64,000 bases of DNA from Macrostomum lignano (taxonomy: Eukaryota), in contig NIVC01001340.1 of NCBI GenBank assembly GCA_002269645.1, forward strand, positions 62,001 through 126,000. The letters are read 5' to 3'. This document shows positions 24,101-38,306 of the stretch, one piece after another. Below the pieces are notes generated by a model. It saw nothing but the letters and a program-made list of their open reading frames with translations. It did no database searches and was not told the origin of the DNA. Every line of letters begins with the position of its first letter. Within the stretch, counting starts at the first letter, position 1. The translations under genes were made by a program, and so were the position numbers.

Positions 24101-24998
24101 GCAAATTGCTTGGTTGCCCTTTGATTTTTTCTAGTCTTTACTTGGGAGGGACAACCACCCTAGCTAATCAGCTTAATGTAATGACTTTCTTTGGAAATAA
24201 TAATCATATTAAAAACATTGATTAGAAATGCTAATTAACTACTATATATAAAAACAAAATAATAAATTTATTATATTATTGAAATTATATTATAGGCTTT
24301 GAATTGGATCAATAAATTTGAAATTTAACTAGGCCTAATATTTGTAGGAAAAGATCTATGGCCTATGCTTTCTCTTTTTAAAAGACCAGTTGACTAGAAC
24401 AAAACTAATCTAACTTTATATTACTATTTTTTTATAAGTGTTTCTTAAAGCAAAGTGTCAATTAAATTAAATGATGCATTTTAATTGAAAGGCAGGGGTA
24501 AACTTCTAAATTTAATATTCTGTTACCATTATTTATTAATATTATAAACCATTTTGGTACATAAAAGCAATATGCAAATTTAAAAGCTTTAATTAGTATA
24601 CTTGAAGTGTCCAGGATATCAGTAACTTTTTTAGAATATAGTCATGTATTGGGGTGGGGCAAATAGGTAAATGCAAAAGACAATGTTCATAGCAGGTTAT
24701 CTTCAAGTTAAATTCATAGTCCTAAATGCAACCTTTTGTTAGGTCTAAGGATAAGCCTTAAAGTTCGTTTTTATGCTGTAAAAAATAATAGGGTAAAAAA
24801 TAATTCGACAGCAATTACACAACACTGCACTCAAAAGTCAAAACCCTAAAAATTTTATTTTAATGCATTATTGCATTTTTTACAAAAATTATCACACATT
24901 CTTATAAAACGAAACCCAAACTTACCAACCACTTTCTTCTCTTTCTTAACCTCCTCACCACCAGACTTTGGTTCCTGAGTTGTTTCCTTGTCCGTCAT
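21183..24998 (-). CDS. YBX1: Y-box binding cold-shock-domain protein (YB-1-like)
   Basis: Exons 24998-24926, 22936-22545, 21928-21551, 21215-21183. Spliced [48 protein letters not shown]...[20 protein letters not shown] closely matches YB-1, followed by an RGG/Pro-Tyr-rich tail ending [10 protein letters not shown]. The symbol is family-level. Confidence 0.95.
21222..21465. repeat. Diverged ~21-22-bp repeat (GAGATTGGAGGCGATTCTCT) in Y-box gene intron 3
   Basis: Units read directly. Confidence 0.85.
21985..22480. repeat. ~35-bp minisatellite (GACCTGATTATCCCAAATCCCAAGAAAATCCCACA) in Y-box gene intron 2
   Basis: Units read directly. Confidence 0.9.
23005..23475. repeat. 40-bp minisatellite (CATCCATGATTGGCTAGATTAGCAATCCATTCTATTTCTG), ~11 copies, in Y-box gene intron 1
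   Basis: Period of 40 seen at 23101/23141; each unit carries TGATTGGCTA. Confidence 0.92.
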
Positions 24999-26890
24999 GA
25001 TAAAATTCCTTACTTTGTTGTTAAACCAACACTAGGCATTTGATGTAAAACCTTTGCTTTGCTAACTATATTTTTCAAAATATTAATACAGGACTGGTTT
25101 TAGTTAAAGCTAGAAAATTGAGTATAATTTATGTGCATGTTTTTCTTTAAAAAATATACACTAATATTGATTATTCCTTAAAAAGTAGTTTTCTTTTCAG
25201 AAACTTTTAGATGTTTTGTTTATCATAACTAATTATTAAAAAATGAAAACCGGAAACATGGCAGTCGAAGAGTCGAGTAGGCCGCTCGTATGATAATACT
25301 AAAAGTAGCCCTAAAAAGTAGATTTTTCCGTCTTTTTTCTTTACAGCTTTGTCTCAAAGCAACTATCTTTTAACTAATCATTTACTAGAAGCGAGCCTTT
25401 TTTAATGCTAGAGATTCCTAAATCAAGCTAATTATTTTTGTTCGTACTTAATTAGTACATGTTAATGTACAGTGTACATGCATTTTAGCCTATCTCGTTA
25501 GTGTATAGTTAGTACATCAAAAAATTGGTCTACAAATAAGTCCTCCGATTGGTCTACGATTAAAATTCAACTGACGTGTCATTGCATGGTAATCGACATG
25601 TATAATTTCTTTGAAATTGCAAAATGCATGAGAAGCGATAGATTTTACATGCACTAGAAAATCAATGGCATATAATTATATTCCCTTTGACTCTTCACTA
25701 TAATTTTGAATAAGACTCAAAAGCGCATGCAGCATCACCAATCTTACTATTTCACTTTAACTTTCTATTTCAATGCAAGGACCACTGTATATAACAGTTA
25801 CATACAGTTATATACAGTGGTCCTTGTTTCAATGTTCTAGCGCATCAGCCCCTATACTAGTTGCGGGCTCTATTACGCTAATGGTATTTAATGTAATCGC
25901 TACAACATACAGCAGTATTGACATCAACATCAACCAGCAACTTACAACATCAACAGCATATTGAACAGCATATTCAACATATACATGTACAGCAGTAAGT
26001 CATCTGTTGAGATCGTAAGAAAATAAAACAAACTGCTTGCCCCTCAGCCTGTGTGTGGTCTGGTCACTTTTAGATTGTCTATATATACATGTATGGTTGG
26101 TACTACTTGAATTGCTTTCTTATTAGCCCAAAGTAGGGTCATGGCGTTTTACGTGTAATTCGTCCAGATACTCGTAGTCCATGTAACTTTTCTAAAGTAG
26201 ATGCAGGGACAACTAAAACACTCCCTGGTGTTGTAGTTGTCCTTGAGTAGATGCTTAACTTTTAGGCGATGCGATATGATGAGACAATTGGGTCTTATGA
26301 ACCTCTTTCTCCAATGATACACTATAGTAATGGTTAGTTACAAACAATGTAATTTTTTAACCTACTCTTTTCTTACCTATTTTCTAACATTTGCATATTT
26401 AACATAAAAAGGACGGAAAAGATAGATAAAATAAAGTCTCCCCCCCGCCTAGAATTGCTACGCAAAAATGCACCAACTTGCCCTCACGAGCCCAGAGTGA
26501 TTTAGAGTCTATTTTTAGCTCAGCGCAGGGGTTGTCGATGCGTGATTCACCCCAACTCGCGCCCTTCATTTGGCTGGGGAATCCCGCCTGCTACCTCTCA
26601 GCCCCAGTGTACACTCCTGTACACTCCTATTTGAGGGCTAGCTATTTTCCAAATTTGGCAGTTTCGACAAGGAGTGTTGGCGTTCTAATCTTGGACTGAC
26701 TAACCCCTCCCAGCGGAGGGGGGACACCAACCCCTCAGCCTGACTAAATTTAATGCCAAATGCTGCAGAGAGAAGGTGAAATCCAGTTTGACTCAGCAGA
26801 GAAAACTGCACAGAAATGAATCGCTGACTAAATCTCCAACCATCCTCGAAGGAGCCAGCTCAGCATCATCGCATAAAGTTATCGACCACC

Positions 26891-29511
<2,621 letters not shown>

Positions 29512-30237
29512 ATGAAACAATCCAGTCTGCGCTCAGCTACTGATAGTAGGCCAGCAGCACATTTTGCTTTTGTTTTTTATGCAGCTGTAGTCCTGTAACG
29601 CTTTTTTAAACTGTTTTTTGTAGCAATCAATGGAAATGAATTTGGCGGGAGAAGTCCTTTGCATCGCCTGTTCCGTTCGCATTTTTTGGCTTCCTCTTTT
29701 GTGTACTCAGCTTGTTGGCAGCTGAACTACTTCAAGTAGCGTGATTTTGTTAATCAATTAAGCATGCGATGTAAATTTTACAAGTGCGCGATAAAGAGTG
29801 CTTTTTGTAAGGCATTGTTTGCAGTTCAATTTTATTGCTGCCGACATCTTAGTCTCAATTTCTTTTATTTCAGTTTTATTCTGCATTCTGCATGTTAAAC
29901 TTCTACCTTGGCTTATTTTACTGAAGCCCCTCTAACTTCCGGGAGTTTTGTTATCCCAGATCGATGTTGCCTATTGCGCGAAATTTGAATTTTCCTTTTT
30001 TGAAAACAAATTTCTTTTCTTAACTGCTCACATCGTCTTGTAATTTCCTTTATTGATAGTATCAATTTTCTTCTTCTATCTGTATCTGCTTTTTAATTGT
30101 TTTTGTTTTCCAACAATTTGTGAGCCTATAGACAACTATACGGTATGAAGTTTAACGGGTTACATTGAATGCTAGGAAACATTTGCGTATAATTGATAAC
30201 CGTCTCAATGACTTCGTGTGTTTGCTTTTTTGACATG

Positions 30238-31247
30238 TTTCTCATAGCTTGACAGGCGATTCTCATAGCTTGACAGGCGATTCTCATAGCTTGACAGGCG
30301 ATTCTCATAGTTTGACAGGCGATTCTCATAGCTTGACAGGCGATTCTCATAGCTTGATCGGCAATTCTCATAGTTTGACAGGCGATTCTCATAGCCTGAC
30401 AGGCGATTCTCGTAGTTTGACATTCGATTCTCATAGTTTGACAGGCGATTCTCATAGTTTGACAGGCGATTCTCATAGTTTGATCGGCAATTCTCATAGT
30501 TTGACAAGCAATTCTCATAGTTTGATCGGCAATTCTCATAGTTTGACAGGCGATTCTCATAGCTTGACAGGCGATTCTCATAGCTTGACAGGCGATTCTC
30601 ATAGCTTGACAGGCGATTCTCATAGTTTGACATTCGATTCTCATAGTTTGACAGGCGATTCTCATAGCTTGACAGGCGATTCTCATAGCTTGACAGGCGA
30701 TTCTCATAGTTTGACATTCGATTCTCATAGTTTGACATTCGATTCTCATAGTTTGATCGGCAATTCTCATAGTTTGACAGGCGATTCTCATAGCTTGACA
30801 GGCGATTAAAAAACTAATTATCAACATTTTGTAATTTGTAACATTGCGACACGTTTCGCGATCACCATTGATCATTCTCAAGCAAAGCTTAGTTATATTT
30901 GAAAACGAAACGGAGTTTAAACGGCGACATATGTATAAGAAGAGTTAAAAAATCAAATATTACGCAGTCAGTAGAATGAAGGAAATACAGTCACCAGTCA
31001 CAATGCAATGTACAATGGCAGGCGATTCTCATAGCTTGACAGGCGATTCTCATAGCTGACAGGCGATTCTCATAGCTGACAGGCGATTCTTATAGCCTGA
31101 CAGGCGATTCTCATAGTTGACAGGCGATTCTCATAACTGACAGGCGATTCTCATAGTTGACAGGTGATTCTCATAACTGACAGGCGATTCTCATAGTTGA
31201 CAGGTGATTCTCACAGCTGACAGGCGATTCTCATAGTTGACAGGTGA
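30238..31247. repeat. Two blocks of a 21/20-bp minisatellite (TCTCATAGCTTGACAGGCGAT): 30238-30806 and 31017-31247
   Basis: Units read directly; ~210 bp of unique spacer between the blocks. Confidence 0.92.
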
Positions 31248-31789
31248 TTAATTGTACATATAATGACTGAGAAGAGGATTCTATTACATGTACTGGAGTT
31301 TGAAAATCTAAAGTTGATAGTTCAAAGTCACAATTTAACGAGCTTTTACAATGAAATTAGCATCGCACTACTTGGCAGTAGTAGAAGCCGCGCTTTTAGC
31401 ATAAAAAATTCCATTATTATCAAAAATGTTCCGATTCAAAATGACACGAAAAATACTTATAATTAAAACAAAAAGAAAATAGTTGAACAATACTTAGTAA
31501 AGTAGAGTGAATAATTTCTATTTAGCAATTACAGCTTTAGGTACTACTGTTAAACTACTGCCGCTATCATGAACAAAAACGATCATCAATATCGTCAGCT
31601 CCGAAAATACAGATCACCGGAAAAAACCCCGAAGTCCCGAGATCCAACGCGGCAGTACCCTGATCGCTGGGACCATTTAGCCAAATCGCTCTAGCCTGTA
31701 TATATAAGTGTTGCGTCAGGACAAAACTTTCTACAAGGCACTGGCCTCACTTTAGCTGCACTCATCTATTCAGCCATAGAACTATAAAA

Positions 31790-34700
31790 ATGCAAGACAA
31801 GCACGAGCTGCCCAGTACAGCTGACTCATCCAAGGACTTCAACAAGGTGACAGAACACCTGTGCGACATGCTGGCTATGGCGAAGGCCGATGAAGCACAG
31901 CAGCTGATGATCGAACTCATGGGATCCAGCTCCAGAGGCAGCGCTGGCGAGGCAGCTGACATCGACATCGATAGCGAGTCCAGTCAGCTCGGAGCGCAGT
32001 TGAGCACATCCAAGTACAGCGAACTCGTCAGACGGGAGCTGCAGCTCACAATTCGATTGCGCAGGTTACAGCGGGGAGAGTCTGACGAACAGCCGAGCAC
32101 AGCACAGGCTTCGGACAGTGGCCGAACTGAGGCTCGGGTGACTCATCCAATATCTAAATTATCTATTCTGCCAGTTGGATCTACTCTCTCAGTTTTATCC
32201 TAATCCCTGAGTTGCATCTACTCTCTCAGTTGCATTTACTCTCTCAGTTGCATTTACTCTCTCAGTTGCATCTACTCTCTGTTGCATCTACTCTCTCAGT
32301 TGCATCTACTCTCTCAGTTGCATCTACTCTCTCAGTTGCATCTACTCTCTCAGTTGCATCTACTCTCTCAGTTGCATCTACTCTCTCAGTTTTATCCTAA
32401 TCCCTCAGTTGCATCTACTCTCTAAGTTGCATCTACTCTCTCAGTTGCATTTACTCTCTCAGTTGCATTTACTCTCTCAGTTGCATTTACTCTCTCAGTT
32501 GCATTTACTCTCTCAGTTGCATCTCATCTCTCTCTCAGTTGCATCTACTCTCTCAGTTTTATCCTAATCCCTCAGTTGCATCTACTCTCTAAGTTGCATC
32601 TACTCTCTCAGTTGCATCTACTCTCTCAGTTGCATTTACTCTCTCAGTTGCATTTACTCTCTCAGTTGCATCTCATCTCTCTCTCAGTTGCATCTACTCT
32701 CTCAATTGCATCTACTCTCTCAGTTGCATCTACTCTCTCAGTTTTATCCTAATCCCTCAGTTGCATCTACTCTCTAAGTTGCATCTACTCTCTCAGTTGC
32801 ATCTACTCTCTCAGTTGCATTTACTCTCTCAGTTGCATTTACTCTCTCAGTTGCATCTACTCTCTCAGTTGCATCTACTCTCTCAGTTGCATCTACTCTC
32901 TCAGTTTTATCCTAATCCCTCAGTTGCATCTACTCTCTAAGTTGCATCTACTCTCTCAGTTGCATCTACTCTCTCAGTTGCATTTACTCTCTCAGTTGCA
33001 TTTACTCTCTCAGTTGCATTTACTCTCTCAGTTGCATCTCATCTCTCTCTCAGTTGCATCTACTCTCTCAATTGCATCTACTCTCTCAGTTGCATCTACT
33101 CTCTCAGTTTTATCCTAATCCCTCAGTTGCATCTACTCTCTAAGTTGCATCTACTCTCTCAGTTGCATCTACTCTCTCAGTTGCATTTACTCTCTCAGTT
33201 GCATTTACTCTCTCAGTTGCATCTACTCTCTAAGTTGCATCTACTCTCTCAGTTGCATCTACTCTCTCAATTGCATCTACTCTCTCAGTTGCATCTCATC
33301 TCTCTCTCAGTTGCATTTACTCTCTCATTTGCATCTACTCTCTAAGTTGCATCTACTCTCTCAGTTGCATCTACTCTCTCAGTTGCATTTACTCTCTCAG
33401 TTGCATTTACTCTCTCAGTTGCATTTACTCTCTCAGTTGCATCTACTCTCTAAGTTGCATCTACTCTCTCAATTGCATCTACTCTCTCAGTTGCATCTCA
33501 TCTCTCTCTCAGTTGCATTTACTCTCTCATTTACATCTACTCTCTCAGTTGCATCTACTCTCTCAGTTGCATCTACTTTCTCATTTGCATTCAATATCTA
33601 AATTGCATGTATCTGTTTTCTCAGTTACATCAACTCTCTCAGTTGCATCTACTCTATAAGTTGCATCTACTCTCTCAGTTGCATCTACTCTCTAAGTTGC
33701 ATCTACTCTCTCAGTTGCATATCATCTCTCTCTCAGTTGCATATCATCTCTCTCTCAGTTGCATTTACTCTCTCATTTGCATCTACTCTCTAAGTTGCAT
33801 CTACTCTCTCAGTTGCATCTACTCTCTCAGTTGCATTTACTCTCTCAGTTGCATTTACTCTCTCAGTTGCATTTACTCTCTCAGTTGCATCTATTCTCTC
33901 AGTTGCATCTACTCTATAAGTTGCATCTATTCTCTCAGTGTTTTCTACTCTCTCAGTTGTATTTAATTTCTTAGTTTTATCCCACTCACTCAGTTGCATA
34001 TACTCTCAAATTTGCATCTACTTTCAAATTTGCATCCAATTACTGAATATCTAATCTCTCTACTCTCTCAGGTTCATCCTACTCACTCAGTTGTATCCAG
34101 ACTCTCTCATTTCCATCCAATATCTAAATTACGAGCTATCTATTCTCTCAGTTGCATCTACTCTCATAGCTGCATCTAATCTCTCAGCTGCATTTACATC
34201 TACTCTCTCAGTCGTATCAATCTACTTTCTGAGTTGCATCTAATTTCTTAGTTGCGTCTCCTTTATAATATGTCAAACGCCTCTGCAGGTGAGCGAAGAG
34301 ACCCGGCAGATGCAGTTGAAGAGGCGGGAGAAGAACCGGCAGTCAGCCATCGCCTGCAGGAAGAACCGCCGGGAGAGAGAAAATAGACTGAAGAAGGTGA
34401 GGCTGAGGACGCTCAAAACTGCGATCGGGTGCTGAGAGTAGCTCGGGGAGAGCATGGGAGATGACAGCATGGGAGATGACAGCATGGGAGATGACAGCAT
34501 GGGAGATGACAGCATGGGAGATGACAGCATGGGAGATGACAGCATGGGAGATGACAGCATGGGAGATGACAGCATGGGAGATGACAGCATGGGAGATGAC
34601 AGCATGGGAGATGACAGCATGGGAGATGACAGCATGGGAGATGACAGCATGGGAGATGACAGCATGGGAGATGACAGCATGGGAGATGACAGCATGGGAG

Positions 34701-35056
34701 ATGACAGCATGGGAGATGACAGCATGGGAGATGACAGCATGGGAGATGACAGCATGGGAGATGACAGCATGGGAGATGACAGCATGGGAGATGACAGCAG
34801 TTGCCTCCCCAATTTCCAGGCAGTGCAGAGACTGGAGGAGGAGAACAGACTTCTGAGCAGCCGAATAAAGAAGTTCGAGCAGCTCTACAGAGAGAGCCTG
34901 AGCAACCTGCCCACCAAGATGAATTTCCAGACCTATCTGAAGGCACACCCTGATCTGGTGCGCGACCCGGATGTGAAGCCGGTGCTGCGAGAGTTCATCA
35001 TCCATGACTACCCAAAGCTTCCCAACTACATCATGATGTCACTGGTTCCATCTTAA
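31790..35056 (+). CDS. Second, divergent bZIP protein
   Basis: Exons 31790-32137, 34289-34396, 34820-35056, all phase 0. Basic region KRREKNRQSAIACRKNRRERE spliced to zipper LKK|AVQRLEEENRLLSSRIKKFE. TATA-like tatatataa at ~31698. Confidence 0.85.
32150..34250. repeat. ~2.1-kb 18-bp minisatellite (CTCTCAGTTGCATCTACT) with higher-order blocks, filling bZIP-2 intron 1
   Basis: Units read directly; the recurring ttttatcctaatccc spacer defines the higher-order repeat. Confidence 0.93.
34453..34799. repeat. Perfect 15-bp minisatellite (GGGAGATGACAGCAT) x23 in bZIP-2 intron 2
   Basis: Identical units; 345 bp / 15 = 23. Confidence 0.97.
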
Positions 35057-35589
35057 CTCAGTTAACATATGCAGAAACTTAAACTGCTTCAGTTGCATAC
35101 ATAGTAACTATATAAGTATTTTCCATTTTGAAAGAATAACAATTGCAATTTGTGATAAATATATTTCAAACACTTATACCACTTTTTTCTAACACTTTTC
35201 CTTTGAATCTTAAGGCATAGAAGTGCACCCACAGTTTCTGATCTTGACAATGAGGTACAACCGTTTAAAAAATAGCTATCGCGCAATGTTTAAATTTGTC
35301 AGCTGCCCAGAGATGCACCCGTACGATACTACTTCAGTAAGGTAGTACCTAGTATGAATAGCAGAGAATGTACGCGTACAAGGTGATTCCTCATTCTATT
35401 TTTAGACCCAGCGTCAGGGCTAGAAAACTTTACCTATGGGTGTAATTTTCTGGGCACCAAAATAAGCTTTATATGCCACAAGTCTACTGTTAGTAGAAAT
35501 AGAAAAAATTTACTGGAAAAAGTGAAAAATTTCTCGATAAAGATTTCAAGCGAACTAACTACGGGTGTATTTTGAATCTAACAAATCGA

Positions 35590-37442
35590 TTAAACTTTGA
35601 CCGAGTCCGAGGTCTGACCGCCAGCGCTCTGGCCAGTCTGTCGCGGATTTCCGAGCAGGAAGACGCTGGAGGACATGGGGTCGAGCATCAGCTTGCAGGT
35701 CTCGTCAAGGCCAGCTGAAGTCGTTGGCTGCTGCGCTAGACTGCCGCCGGCCTCAACCTGCAGCACCTCCGGCACCTTCGGTATCCACACCGAGCCGCCA
35801 AACTTGTCCAGGATGTACAGCACCCGATCCTCGGTAATGTCGGTGCCGTTGATGAGGTGGAGGCTGGCCGAGCGAAGGCCCAGTAGGAAAATGAAAATGC
35901 CGCACAATGCCAGGCCGTAGTGGTAGCCCGAGCCCACACTTTGGTCCTTTCTGTGGGTGGCGTGTAGATTGGGGCATTGGTGCCGAGGGCTGCATTGTGT
36001 CAGTTCATCAACTCATCCACTCTCAGTGAGTTAATCTAGGTCAACCCAGGTCAGCACGGATCAATCTAGGTCAACTGAGGTCAATTCAGCTCAATCGAGA
36101 ACAATTCAAGTCAATTCAGGTCAATCCGGGTCAATTCAGGTCAATTCAGGTCAATCCAGGTCAATCCAGGTCAATTCAGGTCAATCCAGGTCAATCCAGG
36201 TCAATCCAGGTCAATCCAGGTCAATCCAGGTCAATTCAGGTCAATCCAGATCAATTCAGGTGAATCCAGGTCAATCGAGGTCAATCCAGGTCAATCCAGA
36301 TCAATTCAGGTCAATTCAGGTCAATCCAGATCAATCGAGGACAATCCAGGTCAATCCAGATCAATTCAAATCAATCCAGATCAATTGAGGTCAATCCAGA
36401 TCAATTCAGGTCAATCCAGATCAATTCAGGTCAATTCAGGTCAATCCAGATCAATCGAGGACAATCCAGGTCAATCCAGATCAATTCAAATCAATCCAGA
36501 TCAATTGAGGTCAATCCAGATCAATTCAGGTCAATCCAGATCAATCCAGGTCAATCCAGATCAATTCAGGTCAATTCAGGTCAATCCAGATCAATCGAGG
36601 ACAATCCAGGTCAATCCAGATCAATTCAAATCAATCCAGATCAATTGAGGTCAATCCAGATCAATTCAGGTCAATTCAGGTCAATCAAGGTCAATCCAGG
36701 TCAATCCAGGTCAATTCAGGTCAATCCAGATCAATTCAGGTGTTTCCAGGTCAATCCAGGTCAATCCAGGTCAATTCAGGTCAATTCAGGTCAATCCAGG
36801 TCAATCCAGGTCAATCCAGATCAATTCAGGTCAATCCAGGTCAATCCAGGTCAATCCAGGTCAATTCAGGTCAATCCAGATCAATTCAGGTCATTTCAGG
36901 TCAATCCAGGTCAATAGGTCAATCCAGGTCAATCCAGATCAATTCAGGTGAATCCAGGTCAATCGAGGACAATCGAGGTCAATTCAGGTCAATTGAGGAC
37001 AATCGAGGTCAATTCAGGTCAATCGAGGACAATCCAGGTCAACTCAGGTCAATCTATTCCAGCCCCCAGCTCACTTGGTGTCAGAGAAGTAGCCGATGAA
37101 GCCGCAGAACAGGGGCACCAGAGCCAGCAGCATCACGAGGGCGTCGCAGAGCAGCGGACTGCCGAATCGCGGATCCTTGAGCATCTCGCGCTGCAGCGAG
37201 CCCTCCTCGCTGAGGGCGTTAGCTTCCTCTTTGCCGCCGCCGCCGCCGCCGCCGCCGGCCGCTTTCGCCTGCTGCTCGGATGTCATCCTGTTGAGCGATT
37301 TGATCAGCTGCGGATCGCAGGTCCCACCATCGCCACCGCTGTGAGAAACTTTCTGAGCGTTGCTGGCCGTTAGAATATTTGGAGCGCTGGTCCGTCTGAC
37401 TCGCCTCTGGCCGGTGCTAAAACGGTGAGCTAATCTGGACAT
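35590..37442 (-). CDS. Unknown small membrane protein with two predicted TM segments
   Basis: Exons 37442-37075 and 35989-35590 join in phase 2. Hydrophobic stretches LLCDALVMLLALVPLFCGFIGYF and YGLALCGIFIFLLGL. No family recognised. Confidence 0.7.
36035..37055. repeat. 10-bp satellite (GGTCAATCCA/GGTCAATTCA)n filling the intron of the 2-TM gene
   Basis: Units read directly. Confidence 0.95.
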
Positions 37443-37634
37443 TTTTTTGTAAACAGCTGCTGTCACTATAATTGCTTGCTTTGATGCTTTGAGTTCGGTG
37501 ACATATAAATTCGGATTGCCACGGGCTTTTGGCCATAGACATTTGCTCAGTCAAAAATGACGCATCATATACTCGTAGACTGAAACTTTCCAAGTGGCTG
37601 TTCGTCAAATTCAAGATCTTTAGTAAATGTGTAT

Positions 37635-37945
37635 GATAATTAATAATAATTGATTACACCTGCCCCAATTGAGCCAGATATACAACCGACAGCTCAGCCG
37701 CAGCAATTGCGCGGCGGCGCATCTGAAGGCTGCGTACGGCTGTTCAGTCCAAGGACTGGGGGGTTGCCACACACATCCTCAATTACCCCAGCTAATGCTG
37801 GCACCCATTTTACAGCTGGGTGGACTGAAGCAATGCAGAGTTACGCGTCTTGCTCAAAGCCACAAATTGTTCCGAATGGGTCAAGAATCGAACCCCAGAC
37901 CCTCAAGTCGTGAGTCCGACGCTCTAACACTAGGTTACAGCCCCC
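37635..37945 (-). mobile_element. tRNA-derived SINE with a CORE (MIR-like) domain and (TTA)n-type tail
   Basis: Minus-strand head GGGGGCTGTAACCTAGTGTTAGAGCGTCGGACTCACGAC...GGTTCGATTC has A- and B-box-like motifs. It is followed by CTTTGAGCAAGACGCGTAACTCTGCATTGCTTCAGTCCACCCAGCTGTAAAATGGG, which resembles the MIR core (CTTGGGCAAG..TAAC.TCT..CTCAGT..CTGTAAAATGGG, recalled from memory), and ends in an AT-rich TTA tail. Confidence 0.8.
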
Positions 37946-38306
37946 TGTATTGATTAGATACTGTAACTGTGTATAAACCATAGAAATAAGACTTTCCGTG
38001 ACAATATTTGCGTTCTCCGGGATTTTATTTGGTAATATTCAAAAATATCCCGTAAAGTCTTTATGTCTATGGTTTATACGAGATTACACATGCCTTTTTC
38101 GGGAGTTATTTTCATAAAACCTCAGGCCCTCGTGATTTATACAAATAAATCCCTCAAAAGGCATGTTTAATCTGATACATAAGACACTTCCCAGAATTTC
38201 CCATAGATAATTCATTGCCCTATGCAGAAGCAGACGTTCCCAAATTGCTCAAATAAAGTGGCCTCAATTCCATACAACGTGCAACACGACAGGAGAGAGC
38301 GGCGAC

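Noticed and set aside
26527-26736. Possible hAT MITE (CAGGGGTTG...CAACCCCT)
   Set aside because: No matching 8-bp TSD and only a very short inverted match.
37870-37945. tRNA-Val(CAC) gene
   Set aside because: The anticodon and acceptor stems do not pair properly and the sequence continues into a SINE core and tail, so it is treated as a SINE head.
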